A stretch of DNA of 34,155 nt from the NCBI RefSeq assembly GCF_001194135.2, contig NC_069003.1, forward strand, positions 24,682,186-24,716,340. The letters are read 5' to 3'. A program made the translations under genes and the position numbers. Within the stretch, counting starts at the first letter, position 1, and each line of letters opens with the position of its first letter. The notes under the pieces were generated by a model. It saw nothing but the letters and a program-made list of their open reading frames with translations, had not been told where the DNA came from and did not search any database. Below are positions 19,895 through 29,994 of the stretch, one piece after another. The DNA is from Octopus bimaculoides (taxonomy: Eukaryota).

Positions 19895-20433
19895 AGAAAT
19901 AGCTAAAACTTCCTTGAAAATAACTACCTTAAGTATAGATAGTCATGACTGGAATGCCTTAGGTTTGCGCTGCGAAGGCTGACTGGAGTCGACTTCCAAC
20001 TCCTTTTCTTTTACAAGTGAGATCTTGAGTTTGATGCTTTTTGTTAGTTTTGATTTAAATTTATTGCTCGTTTTTTTTCTTTTCTCATATAACGTAATTA
20101 TTTCACAACTCTTGATTTAAACCTTCCACTGAAACGTCATGTGCATTATGTTGATCCAGAGAAAGAACTTAGCAGGGAGGCCAATTGAGTGTCACTTCTT
20201 TGATGCTGTTCTTTCTGGACCCTAATTTCAGTAGACCTGTAATCATCAGCTTTCCAGCTGTGGCCATCTTTCCTTTTACTCCCCACCACCCAGGCATAGT
20301 TTATTTTGGATTACATTATTCAATGTATCCTTTTATACCTTTTTAAAGCTGGTAGGGTTTGTTTGAGAGGAATTTGGCTGCTATCACTAGCTCATTGCCT
20401 TATTCTAAGATAGACATGCCTGTACCTATGCAT

Positions 20434-20610
20434 GGCTAATGACTATGTGGTTGAGAAGTTTGCTTTTCAATCACATGGTATAGGGTTCAATCCTACTTTA
20501 TAGCAGCACCTTGGGCAAGGGTCTTCTACAATACTTTAGCCTCAGGTTTGCTAAAACCTTGTGAGTGATTTAGTAGACAGAAACTGAAAGAAGCCTGTTG
20601 TCGTATGCAT
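20434..20610 (+). mobile_element. SINE family C, 5' half, degenerate
   Basis: GTGGTTGAGAAGTTTGCTT..GCACCTTGGGCAAG..GTAGACAGAAACTGAAAGAAGCC. Confidence 0.7.
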
Positions 20611-21016
20611 TTGTATTTCCGTGTCTTGACATTATGTGATGGTTGAGTATCAGCCATTCAAATAGTGGACTTCATTTCTAGTCAGCTCTGTAAACATATC
20701 CAGTCTTGGTGACAGGAAGGGCATTTAGTCATAGAAAAATTTGCCTTCAAGTTCCACTTGACTGATTCTAGTCTGGAAAATAATGCTTGCATAGGTTTAG
20801 ATCAATGATGATGATGATGATTTATTTACATTTGTTTCAGTTGTTTGCCTTGCAAACATTTTTTTTTCTTTTTTCTCTGAAGTATGTTAGTTATTCTGTG
20901 TTGATAACCAACCAGTCAGTGCTCTGGCAGAAGAGATTTAACTAAATAATAAAGAGTGTCAGAAGTAGCATTAATACCAAAAGGTAAAAATATTCACCAC
21001 TTTTGTATTTCAATGT

Positions 21017-21116
21017 NNNNNNNNNNNNNNNNNNNNNNNNNNNNNNNNNNNNNNNNNNNNNNNNNNNNNNNNNNNNNNNNNNNNNNNNNNNNNNNNNNNN
21101 NNNNNNNNNNNNNNNN
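21017..21116. other. Assembly gap (100 N, probably unsized)
   Basis: Run of N. Confidence 1.
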
Positions 21117-21190
21117 GGGGGGGGGTGCTGCTGATAAGTTCTTGGCTTTGGATAAAAGAAAATACAAGGTCATCATCAGTTAATTGTGAT

Positions 21191-21546
21191 TTTACTCTTA
21201 CTTGTTTCAGTCATTTGACTGCGGCCATGCTGGAGCACCACCTTTTAGTCGAGCAAAACTATTCTTTGTAAGCCTAGTACTTATTCTATCGGTCACTTTT
21301 GCCGAACCGCTAAGTGACGGGGACATGGACACACCAACATCGGTTGTCAAGTGATGCTAGGGGGGGGCACACACACACACATATATACGACAGGCTTCTT
21401 TCAGTTTCCGTCTACCAAATCCACTCACAAGGCTTTGGTTGGCCCGAGGCTACAGTAGACGACACTTGTCCAAGGTGCCACGCAGTGGGACTGTGAACCC
21501 GGAACCATGTGGTTGGTAAGCAAGCTACTTACCACACAGCCACTCC
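21191..21546 (-). mobile_element. SINE family C, full length, inverted relative to 19113-19462
   Basis: Plus strand TTACTTGTTTCAGTCATTTGACTGCGGCCATGCTGGAGCAC..GGCTTCTTTCAGTTTCCGTCTACCAAATCC..CTTACCACACAGCCAC. Confidence 0.85.
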
Positions 21547-22031
21547 ATTTATTCAACATATTCCCATCTCAGATTCCCTTATTGCAGTTAGTTTTTTGAA
21601 GCCCTGTAAAAATTGGAAAGTTGGGCCTCCAACCAAGATTTTTACAATGCCCTTAAAACCATGAACTTTTCAGCACATCCTCTCACACAAACATGGCAGT
21701 TACTGCTATTTCCAGTGGTCAGGTGCCTGCCACTGAAAAGGCCAAACGAGGCTGGTATCATGTGATCTGGTAGTCCTGACAGCAGAAGTAGCGGTGTTTG
21801 TCTGCTACCGGTGAAGGCTATGATGTGCTTTTATGCACCTAAAAAAAAATTGAGGGTTTTCCTTTCTTGGTAAATATCACAGTATTCTTACGCAACCTCG
21901 TTTAAGTGGTGAATATTTTAACCAAATAATGATTAGCATTTATATAACTTGTGTGTGTGTGACAAAATGTCGTAGCTATTTGTAAATTGCACTCTACTCC
22001 AAAATTAAATTTTTTTCTTTGTCCCTATTAG

Positions 22032-22090
22032 ATCTGGAAGCATTCGTAAAGGCCCTGCAAGAAGCCCAGAAAAAGAAGGAAGACAAGTAG
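22032..22090 (+). CDS. ADRM1: ADRM1 coding exon 10 (terminal, with stop TAG)
   Basis: TATTAG|AT; (D)LEAFVKALQEAQKKKEDK* (human DVEAFAKAMQ); total spliced CDS 1206 nt = 401 aa. Confidence 0.92.
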
Positions 22091-22143
22091 GATGTACTTA
22101 GTGGATGCTTTTTTTTTTTTTCTATTGCTTGCTGTTATTGTGT

Positions 22144-22207
22144 TTTATTGGAATAAAATTTTCACTGGTAATTGATCCAACACATTAGAAATAAAGAAAT
22201 AAATAAA
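22144..22207. terminator. Polyadenylation signal cluster: minus AATAAA (22144-22149), plus AATAAA (22152-22157, 22190-22195, 22198-22207)
   Basis: TTTATTGGAATAAA begins about 54 nt after the ADRM1 stop; further plus-strand AATAAA hexamers downstream. Usage not shown. Confidence 0.55.
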
Positions 22208-22802
22208 TAGTATGTTTCTTCTGTACTTTAATATACATACATACACACACACGCACATATAAACTTTTTAAGAATTTGAAACCGTTTTCATTAACAATGT
22301 GTATATGTGAGTGGAATTTTGTGTGTGTATGTGTTTGCAGGTGTGTGTAGAACTCTTCAAAAGAAATCTCTACACAAGATATCACAGATGGCTCTACATT
22401 GTCATTTTTCTGTTTTGTTTTGTTTATAGGCTCAGATTTTGATTTGAAGGTTTTAATTATTGCTAGGTGTGTTTTGTTTCGGTTTTTGTTATTTTTCTTT
22501 ACAAAGAAAACAACAAAATAAAAAAATTATACAATTTGTACAGGTGGGTTGAATATCATGAGATGGCTATCAGTGAAGAATTTAGTATTTTGCCAGAATG
22601 ATTGAGGCCTTTTCTTTTTTCCCCCAGTTGCCTACAATTATTCCAAGTCATTATTTTCAAACCTTGTAAACCAGTGATAAATTATGTTTTGACGAAGTTT
22701 TATATGTACAATGATGAACTGATAGCACGCATCGTTGCATCGAGTTACGTTTAGCTGTAAGCGGTGAGGGTAAAAATGAAATAGTTGAGCATTTATCAGG
22801 GA

Positions 22803-22842
<40 letters not shown>

Positions 22843-22867
22843 CTCTTGATCTGATGCAGCGATTGTT

Positions 22868-23077
22868 TCAAATTAACCTAAAACACTTCTGCTTGTCACG
22901 TGGAATTTTGGTTTTGAATAAAACCGAATCGATGCGAAACTGTGTGTACAGTAATGGCATGTAGCCATAGATTTTAGCAAAGAAATTTATGCATTTGTGT
23001 CGCTCATCAAAATGAGTTTCGTCTTTTGCAAGAGCCTGAGAGCAACCTGGGCAGCGAAATGTCCAGCGAGATGTCAC
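22868..23077 (-). CDS. EXTL3: EXTL3 terminal coding exon (GT64 C-terminus, stop TGA)
   Basis: TTCCAG|GTG; [69 protein letters not shown], close to the human EXTL3 C-terminus; 210 nt, phase 0. Confidence 0.97.
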   Translation of the reverse strand: MTSRWTFRCPGCSQALAKDETHFDERHKCINFFAKIYGYMPLLYTQFRIDSVLFKTKIPRDKQKCFRLI

Positions 23078-23729
23078 CTGGAAGTAAAGAAAGAAAGAGA
23101 AAAAGAAACTTATTAAAAACTTTAAATCTATGCACACAAGCCTTACAGCTCCTAATTTTCATTACTAAATTGAATTGCATCTGGAATTGTGAAAATAAAT
23201 GGCTAGTAGGTGCAAGTTCAATTCATGAGACAGTTGATATCACACAAATCAAAATAAGCCTGATGTGGATGCTAGAATGTGAATTTTAATAAAGGATCCA
23301 GCTTCAAATTCCAAAAAAACATTCCTGATTAAAATAGGCATAGAAATTGAGATGAGGATACTAATATCAAGGTATAATAGATATATAAAACTTATAATTA
23401 CATTAATAAAGCACAAAAACATTATATATAGATGAAGACAACTTCCCAACCATATGGTTTTAGGTTCAGTTCCACTGCACTCGGGTAAATGTCATCTATT
23501 GTAGCCCTGGGCTGACTAAAATCTTGAGAGGATTTGGCAGATGCAAAGCTTGATATGTGTTTTTGTTTTGACATCAAGTAACAGTTAAGTGTTTGTTTCC
23601 AATCATTCATGAAAAACATGTCCAACCAAAGGAGAAAACTACTTTACATGGAAACAGTTGAAGGTTGGTAACAGGAAAGGGATATGGCCATAGAAAATCT
23701 GCCTCAACAGTTTCCATCTGTCCCATATA

Positions 23730-23876
23730 TATCATCGTTTAACATCTGCCTTCCCAGCTGATGCAGGTTAGAAGGTTTGACAGGAGCTGACCAGGTAGAA
23801 GATTACCCCAAGCTACAGTGTCTGTTTTGGCAAGGTTTTTACAGCTGGATGCCCTTCCAAATGCTAACCACTGGCA
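23730..23876 (-). mobile_element. Degenerate RTE-LINE 3' end (family D)
   Basis: CATCGTTTAACATC..CAGCTGGATGCCCTTCCAAATGCTAACCAC. Confidence 0.6.
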
Positions 23877-24038
23877 GGGTCACCAAGTAACTAGCAACTC
23901 AAGGAATTTTGAGAGGGGTGGGGGTATTGGAGAAGGTGATCCTGTGACAGAGACGCAGAAACCAGGTGTCTTGCTACAGAGGAAGTACATGGTTACCTGG
24001 TCAGAGAGAGAGAGAGAGACACCTGAATATATATTTAC

Positions 24039-24167
24039 CTTCAGAGGAGGCTTTCGTGTGAGGTGTGCAACCAAAAAATTCATAGCAATGTCTTCGCAGT
24101 TAATGTAATCATCGACTTTATCTCGAATAGCTTGTGGCATGACGTAGGAATACATGTAGGCATAATA
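24039..24167 (-). CDS. EXTL3: EXTL3 coding exon (GT64)
   Basis: TTGCAG|TAT; [43 protein letters not shown]; donor AAG|GTAAAT; 129 nt, phase 0-0. Confidence 0.97.
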
Positions 24168-24489
24168 CTGCAAGGAAATAGAGAAAAACATTTATATAGT
24201 TAATGTCATTCTTTTTGTGTAAAAATGAATGTGAAAAAACAAAAACATTTCTCTTACATTCTACAAGCTGAATGGATGTAATTAAGTTTGAACCAGTTCA
24301 GCATTACCTTAAGTTCCATAATAATTCTGTATGTTTAAATCTCAGGTGCAGAGGGAAAAATATTGCTTTCAACCAAGAATAATAAGAATTAACCAATAGA
24401 GGCCCCCATCTATTCTCCCTTGTAAGCGATATTTTTTTTTCATCATCATGTTGGTCCCAAGGTGTCTATTGATTTAGATATTATAGATT

Positions 24490-24890
24490 TAAGAGGAATT
24501 TTTTCTGAGCAACAGTCGAGTAGGTTCTTTCAAATGGAGCAACAGCCTAGATGCTTACCAAAAAACTGGAATCCAAGCTAGATGGAACTTGCACCTAAAT
24601 GTTAAGAGCAATCTTAAACATATCTTGGAGAATTCATTCCACCAAAATACACCTTGTGGAGATCTTCCTACCTGTTTCTACCATTATGAGGAAAAGGGGC
24701 TTGCGTTTTGTAGGACATTGCAGGTAAGCTGAACAAGAATTGGCAGGAGACCTACTGCTAGGGATGCCAAAGCATGGCTGTGCTGGAGCAGGTCATCCAA
24801 ACACAACATATGTAGATCAACAAATCAAAGACACTGGCTAACTCCCTGATGACTGCCCTCAACTAATGCAGAACAGTGATGAATGATGTA
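24490..24890 (+). mobile_element. Decayed RTE-like LINE ORF2 C-terminal fragment
   Basis: With frameshifts: ATVE.VL..GATAW.LTK.LESKLDGT...MLRAILNISW..H..RKRGLRFVGHC...EQELAGDLLL..PKHG....G.P..TYVDQ..KDTG. Confidence 0.7.
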
Positions 24891-25419
24891 TGCAGGTTAA
24901 AAATGCCTGAGCAAGCTTGACCAGATGGTGGTTAACAGATAATAATGAAATTCTAAAGATTTGGACACTAAACTCGGCCTGTGAAGACCTGTTGGGGCAA
25001 GTGAAAGCGAAATTGCGATGGCACCTGTGCCCAGCGTCACCTTCCTGGTACGTGTAAAAACATTCGAGTGAGATCGTTGCCCTGTATCCAACCAAGCCAG
25101 CATAGAAAATGGACATTAAATAATGATGATGGTGTTTTCAGTTAATCATGCAATATCCTATAGCTTTGAGATTTTAATGATATAATTGTATATTCTTAGA
25201 ATGACGTTGAAGGGTACATGTGAGAGGCCTGATCTGTCTGGTCTGGACATAAAATGGGTAGAATATTTGGGTTGGATATGACTGGTTTGAATGCGAAAAG
25301 ATTAATATTGTTCTGAATGCTTCCATCAGAGAGAGGGCTTCTGTTAAGGATGCCCAAGATCAAAAGAATAATTAGGTGGTGGCATTGAAGTGAGCAGTGT
25401 GTTAGATGCAAAGATTTAA

Positions 25420-25640
25420 CCCTTTAGCATTTAAACCGGCCATATCCGGCCAAAAGTATTCTGCTTGTTTTATGTTCAAACTGGCCAAATCTGGTCTCTC
25501 ACACCAACCCTACAATATCGTTTTAAAAATTAACAGCTACCTCATCAAAATCTCATAGCTACAAGATAATGCATGATTAGTTCAAAATAATGTGGATGAA
25601 AAAGCATTAATTTTGGCAGAATAATGCAAACACTAAAGGG
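25420..25640. mobile_element. piggyBac-like MITE (221 bp)
   Basis: TTAA (25416-25419), CCCTTTAG...CTAAAGGG, TTAA (25641-25644); no coding capacity; second copy at 13159-13365. Confidence 0.8.
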
Positions 25641-25777
25641 TTAAATACTTTTAATAGAGGGGACCACACTAAATGTAACCAAAAGGATCAGGTGAGTCTG
25701 TTAAAGTGAGAAAGGCATTAGATCTACCTCTTTTGTTGTTAATACAGGAGGAAAAGAAAGGAAGATGTCATTCTTAC

Positions 25778-25922
25778 TTTATGGAAGAAGGCTGCTCCAG
25801 TAAGTACCATAGACAGTTCACAAGAATGGTTGGCATTGTAGTGCCAAGCCTTCTCTTCAGCTTGCCATCCATGAAAGCGCCCTGGGAATCCAACAACACG
25901 ATCACGGGCCTCACGCCACACT
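25778..25922 (-). CDS. EXTL3: EXTL3 coding exon (GT64)
   Basis: TTGCAG|A; (R)[48 protein letters not shown]; donor AAA|GTAAGA; 145 nt, phase 2-0. Confidence 0.97.
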
Positions 25923-26054
25923 CTGCAATAATGTCAACACAACAAATTTATTTCAAGAAACAAAAAAACAAAAAAAAGAGCGAAAAGTAAAACAAATGAA
26001 CAAATAATAAATAAATAAACTAAACAATTTGATTAGAAATACTGATTTCAAAAT

Positions 26055-26259
26055 TTGGCACACGGCCAGTAATTTCAGGGGAAGGTGTAAGTTGATGACA
26101 TCAGCCCCCAAGTGTTCAACTGGTACTTATTTTATTGACTCTGGATAGATGAAAGGCAAAGTCGATATTGATGGAATTTGAACTCAGAACATAAAAATGG
26201 ACAAAATGCCACTAAGCATTCTGCCTGGTGTGCTAATGATTCTGCCAGCTCACTGCCTT
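26055..26259 (-). mobile_element. SINE family B, degenerate
   Basis: GGTACTTATTTTATTGAC..GATGAAAGGCAAAGTCGA..GGAATTTGAACTCAGAAC..CTGCCAGCTCACTGCC. Confidence 0.7.
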
Positions 26260-26451
26260 TTTGATTACAAATATTGGTGGTGGGTAGTTTGTTATTAGCT
26301 GCTGGACAAAGGTGATGGGATTAATGCCCAAATAACCACTCTAAGTGACTTGACCTTACACTTTGCAGAATCACCTTTGGTTGTTGATTTCCCACTGAGA
26401 CGAACACCTTGCAGTTTAATATTCTGTGTCACATCCTTCTCTGATCTCTTT

Positions 26452-26860
26452 TACTCTTTTACTTGTTTCAGTCATTTGACTGCAGCCATGCTGGAGCACC
26501 GCCTTTAGTCGAGCAAATCAACCCCAGGACTTATTCTTTGTAAGCCTGGTACTTATTCTATTGGTCTCTTTTGCCGAACTGCTAAGTTACAGGGACGTAA
26601 ATACACCAGCATCGGTTGTCAAGCGATGTTGGGGGGGACAAACACAGACACACAAACATATGCATACACACACACACACATATATATATACATACAATGG
26701 GTTTCTTTCAGTTTCCACTTACCAAACTCACTCACAAGGCTTTGGTTGGCCTGAGGCTATAGTAGAAGACACTTGCCCAAAGTGCCATGCAGTGGATCTT
26801 AACCCGGAACCATATGGTTGGGAAGCAACCTACTTACTACACAGCTACTCCTCCGCCTAC
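26452..26860 (-). mobile_element. SINE family C, full length
   Basis: Reverse complement of 32683-33090 including the internal (CA)/(TA) tract. Confidence 0.85.
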
Positions 26861-27136
26861 ATACATACATACATACATACATACATACATACACACTATT
26901 GTAATGAGTCTTTGTATCAATAAATATTTGGTGTTTGTCACTTAATAACTGTAATATAAAACAAAGAGCACAATTATTGTGTGTCTATAGCAACAGTTTG
27001 TTTTTAACTACACTGTACTTATCATATTAAGAATGTTAAATATACAGGCTGCTGCCTATCCTGTCTAAAAGCATTTAGCCTGAGACCACACTTGTGTCCA
27101 GTTCTTCCCAAACAGAATTCTCTGTAAAATTCTTTA

Positions 27137-27215
27137 CAAGTATTGGTTGTGAAGCGATGTTGGGGGGACAAACACAGACACACAAGATATATATACACAC
27201 AGACATACAAGATAT

Positions 27216-27248
<33 letters not shown>

Positions 27249-27250
27249 AG
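27137..27250 (-). repeat. SINE family C internal fragment with (CA)n expansion
   Basis: GCGATGTTGGGGGGACAAACACAGACACAC also seen at about 26622-26650. Confidence 0.6.
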
Positions 27251-27311
27251 AAGAAAAAATAATAAGTCACAATAAGAATAGAGGAAGAAAACATGAGCAA
27301 ACATGACTGAC

Positions 27312-27439
27312 CTGAAGCCAAAAATGATTTCATCATGGCGAAGATGGACATCGTCATCAATGCTAAGTATAGCTTCAGTTTCGATTACATCAAATGGTAG
27401 GAAACGGTTGTTTAAAGTGTTGCGCTCTGTTTTAATCAC
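27312..27439 (-). CDS. EXTL3: EXTL3 coding exon (GT64, DXD motif)
   Basis: TGACAG|GTG; [42 protein letters not shown](R); donor AG|GTCAGT; 128 nt, phase 0-2. Confidence 0.97.
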
Positions 27440-27469
27440 CTGTCAAAAGTAAAAGAACATATATCCAAC

Positions 27470-27845
27470 ATCATTGTCATCATCATCATCATCAATGTTT
27501 AATGTTCACTTTCCATGCTGGCATGGGTTGGATGGTTTGACTGAGGTCTGGCAAGCCAGTGGGCTGCACCAGGCTCCAATCTGATCTCGCAATGTTTCTA
27601 CAGCTGGATGCCCTTCCTAATGCCAACCACTCAGAGTGTAGTAGGTGCTTTTTATATGCCACCAGCACGGGAACCAGTCAGGGAGCACTGGCATCAACCA
27701 TGTTTGGATGGTACTTTTTGTGTGCCACCGGCATGGGAGCCAGTCACGGGGTACTGGCATCAACCATGTTTGGATGGTGCGTTTTACGTGCCACTGGAAC
27801 GGGAGCCAGTCAGGGGGTACTGGCTTCAACCATGTTCCGATGGTG
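27470..27845 (-). mobile_element. RTE-LINE 3' end (family D) with 3 x 66-bp internal tandem repeat (27644-27841)
   Basis: (CAT)n tail on plus; units start at 27644, 27710 and 27776, each with CCAGT-n-ACTGG hairpin. Confidence 0.8.
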
Positions 27846-28009
27846 GCTCATCTGAGTTGATTGGCATCTTTGGTAATATACACTTCTACAATTTCATGTA
27901 GGTTCTAACTTACTGAAGTGTTCAAATGAATTTGTTTCATTAAATATTTTTTATATTTCTTATTAATCCTTCCTGTTTAGACTTGGAACAACAGAGTGCC
28001 TTGGTTCGT

Positions 28010-28112
28010 CCACATATCTAGATCCAGGAATTTGTTTGCCCAAGGTGTCACCCAGCAGGACTAATTCTGGAACCATGTGGTTGGTAAGCAAGCTACTTAC
28101 CACACAGCCATT
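28010..28112 (-). mobile_element. SINE family C head fragment
   Basis: GGAACCATGTGGTTGGTAAGCAAGCTACTTACCACACAGCCA also at 21501-21542. Confidence 0.65.
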
Positions 28113-28244
28113 CCTGCACCTAAAAACTAATTTTATAGAGACTCCATTCAAAATTCCTATTTTGTTTTCCACTCAATCACTTGTGTAGGTTGAACTATGT
28201 AAAACGTTAAGAAAAAGAAGCCTAGCAGTTTATTGCAATGCATA

Positions 28245-28740
28245 CATCATCATTAACCATCTGTTGTCCATGCTGGCATGGGTTGGACGGTTTGAACGGG
28301 CTGGCATGTTAGAAGGCTGCACCAGTCTCCAATCTGATTTGGCATGGTTTCTATGGCCGGATGCCCTTCCTAACATCAACCACTCCAAGAGTGTAATGGG
28401 TGATTTTACATGCCACTGGTACAGGTGCCAGTTGCATGACACCAGTATCTGTCATGTTGGCTCGATGGGGCTTCTTCTCAAACACAGCATAATGCCAAAG
28501 GTCTCGGTCATTCGTCATTGCTTCGGTGAGGGCCAACATTTGAAAGGTGCTTTTCACATGCCACCAGCATCAGTCACTTTGTCTCTGTGAAGCCCAATGC
28601 TCAAACAGTGCTTTTTACATGCCACCAGCACGGGTGCTGGTTATGTGATACGAGCATAGGCCACAGCTATGACTTCATTTGGGCTGATGGGTGTTCTTCT
28701 CAAGCATGGCATATTGCCGAAGGGGTCATTCATCATTCCC
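28245..28740 (-). mobile_element. RTE-LINE 3' end including ORF2 terminus
   Basis: Family D 3' UTR preceded on minus by LALTEAMTNDRDLWHYAVFEK (RTE-type C-terminal DR..W motif), partly duplicated at about 28670-28735. Links family D to an RTE LINE. Confidence 0.7.
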
Positions 28741-28907
28741 TACCACTAAAATACTATTGTGGCTCCCTGCTAGCGTGGACCCCAGGGTTCATATGGGCTT
28801 GGGTTGAGAACCATTGTTTTAAAATGAGACAAAGAAAACAAAAAAAAAAAATTAATTAACAGAGCAATTAAGTCTAGCATTGTTGTTGGCATAAACATGT
28901 TACTTAC

Positions 28908-29062
28908 ACTGATAGGGACATTAATATCTGGCCACCGAAGATCAGCAGGTGGTGGTTTAGGGCTGTTCCAAACAACTACTACTCTATTTAGATGAGGTAC
29001 TCCTTTCAGACGCTGTAAAGCACTGATTAGCACAGTTTCACGTTCATAGGTTAACATCACCA
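28908..29062 (-). CDS. EXTL3: EXTL3 coding exon (GT64 N-terminal)
   Basis: TTTCAG|TG; (V)[51 protein letters not shown]; donor AGT|GTAAGT; 155 nt, phase 1-0. Confidence 0.96.
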
Positions 29063-29704
29063 CTGAAATAACAAAAAGAAAAAAGAAAAAAGAAAAAAAA
29101 AGATAAATAAATAAATAACAAGAAGAGGCTTTCACTTAACTTCACAGTTAATTGTGAATTGGGTCCAATTTCAGGATTAAAGCCATAAAAAAAAGTTTTC
29201 TGTTGTCAGCAAATATACTGGATTGTAAACACAAATAGTTATACATACCTGTACAAAGCGAATTCACAGGTATACATAGAAATATCTGCATGTATAGACC
29301 AAAAGAAGCCAAATTTATACTTTTCCATTTCAACCACGTGTTTATTATCAAAATAGCCTCGCAGCAAATGCAATTTTGACCAGAAGTAAAAATATTTTAT
29401 TTATTTTTAATCACTTGATATAATTATCAACATGATTTTAATGTTCAATTATATATATATATATATATATATATGTGACAAGCTGCCACATAAAATTACA
29501 TTTACAAGACATTGGTCAGTGTCAGCCCTAGACTATAGCTGAAGACGCTTACCCAAGATGTCATTAAACCTGGAATGGTCCATGTGGTTGCAAAGTGGAC
29601 GTCTTAATCAAAGAGTCAGTACCAATGTCCAAGCAACAAAGAAAAGCTGTTGATGAGATTAAGAAAAGTTTGGAAATTTGCAGAATGACAGAATAAAAAC
29701 TCAC

Positions 29705-29806
29705 CTGTAAATTGCTCCCGAGGAACATTTCCACCGAGCCCTTCACTAAATTCTTTACCGGCTCCTCCAGCTCCCTTGTTAATTGGTCGAAATCCGTAAC
29801 CTGAAC
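29705..29806 (-). CDS. EXTL3: EXTL3 coding exon (linker before GT64); most upstream exon found in window
   Basis: TTACAG|GT; (G)[33 protein letters not shown] (human [34 protein letters not shown]); donor G|GTGAGT; 102 nt, phase 1-1. Confidence 0.95.
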
Positions 29807-29994
29807 CTGTAATGAGAATATTTCATAACAATGAACAGACAGGGTCATTGAATCATTACTTAATAGGATGGCTGGCTGGCTGGGGAAAGGGTCAAAGTAA
29901 ATAAGAGATTATGAACCCTCAATAAGTGTTTGTATAAGCGAGAGAGAGAGAGAGAGGGAGAGAGACAGTCAGACATAGAGGCAACTAGACACTT

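Noticed and set aside
21117-21124. G8 run
   Set aside because: Abuts a gap edge; likely a sequencing or assembly artefact and too short to interpret.
22544-22601. Possible alternative ADRM1 terminal exon (TACAG|G..., KWVEYHEMAISEEFSILPE*)
   Set aside because: Would need the weak donor overlapping the stop, and the peptide does not resemble the expected acidic D-rich tail; no support without transcripts.
24846-24874. CTGATGA-CTGC..GCAG-AAC as a hammerhead ribozyme
   Set aside because: No GAAA after stem II and no stem I or III; lies within a decayed LINE coding fragment.
27559-27901. Overlapping ORFs with 22-aa repeats
   Set aside because: Produced by the 66-bp repeat in an RTE 3' UTR inside an EXTL3 intron.
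29564-29848. 94-aa minus ORF ([15 protein letters not shown]..)
   Set aside because: Wrong frame; the EXTL3-matching frame is [12 protein letters not shown] within 29705-29806.
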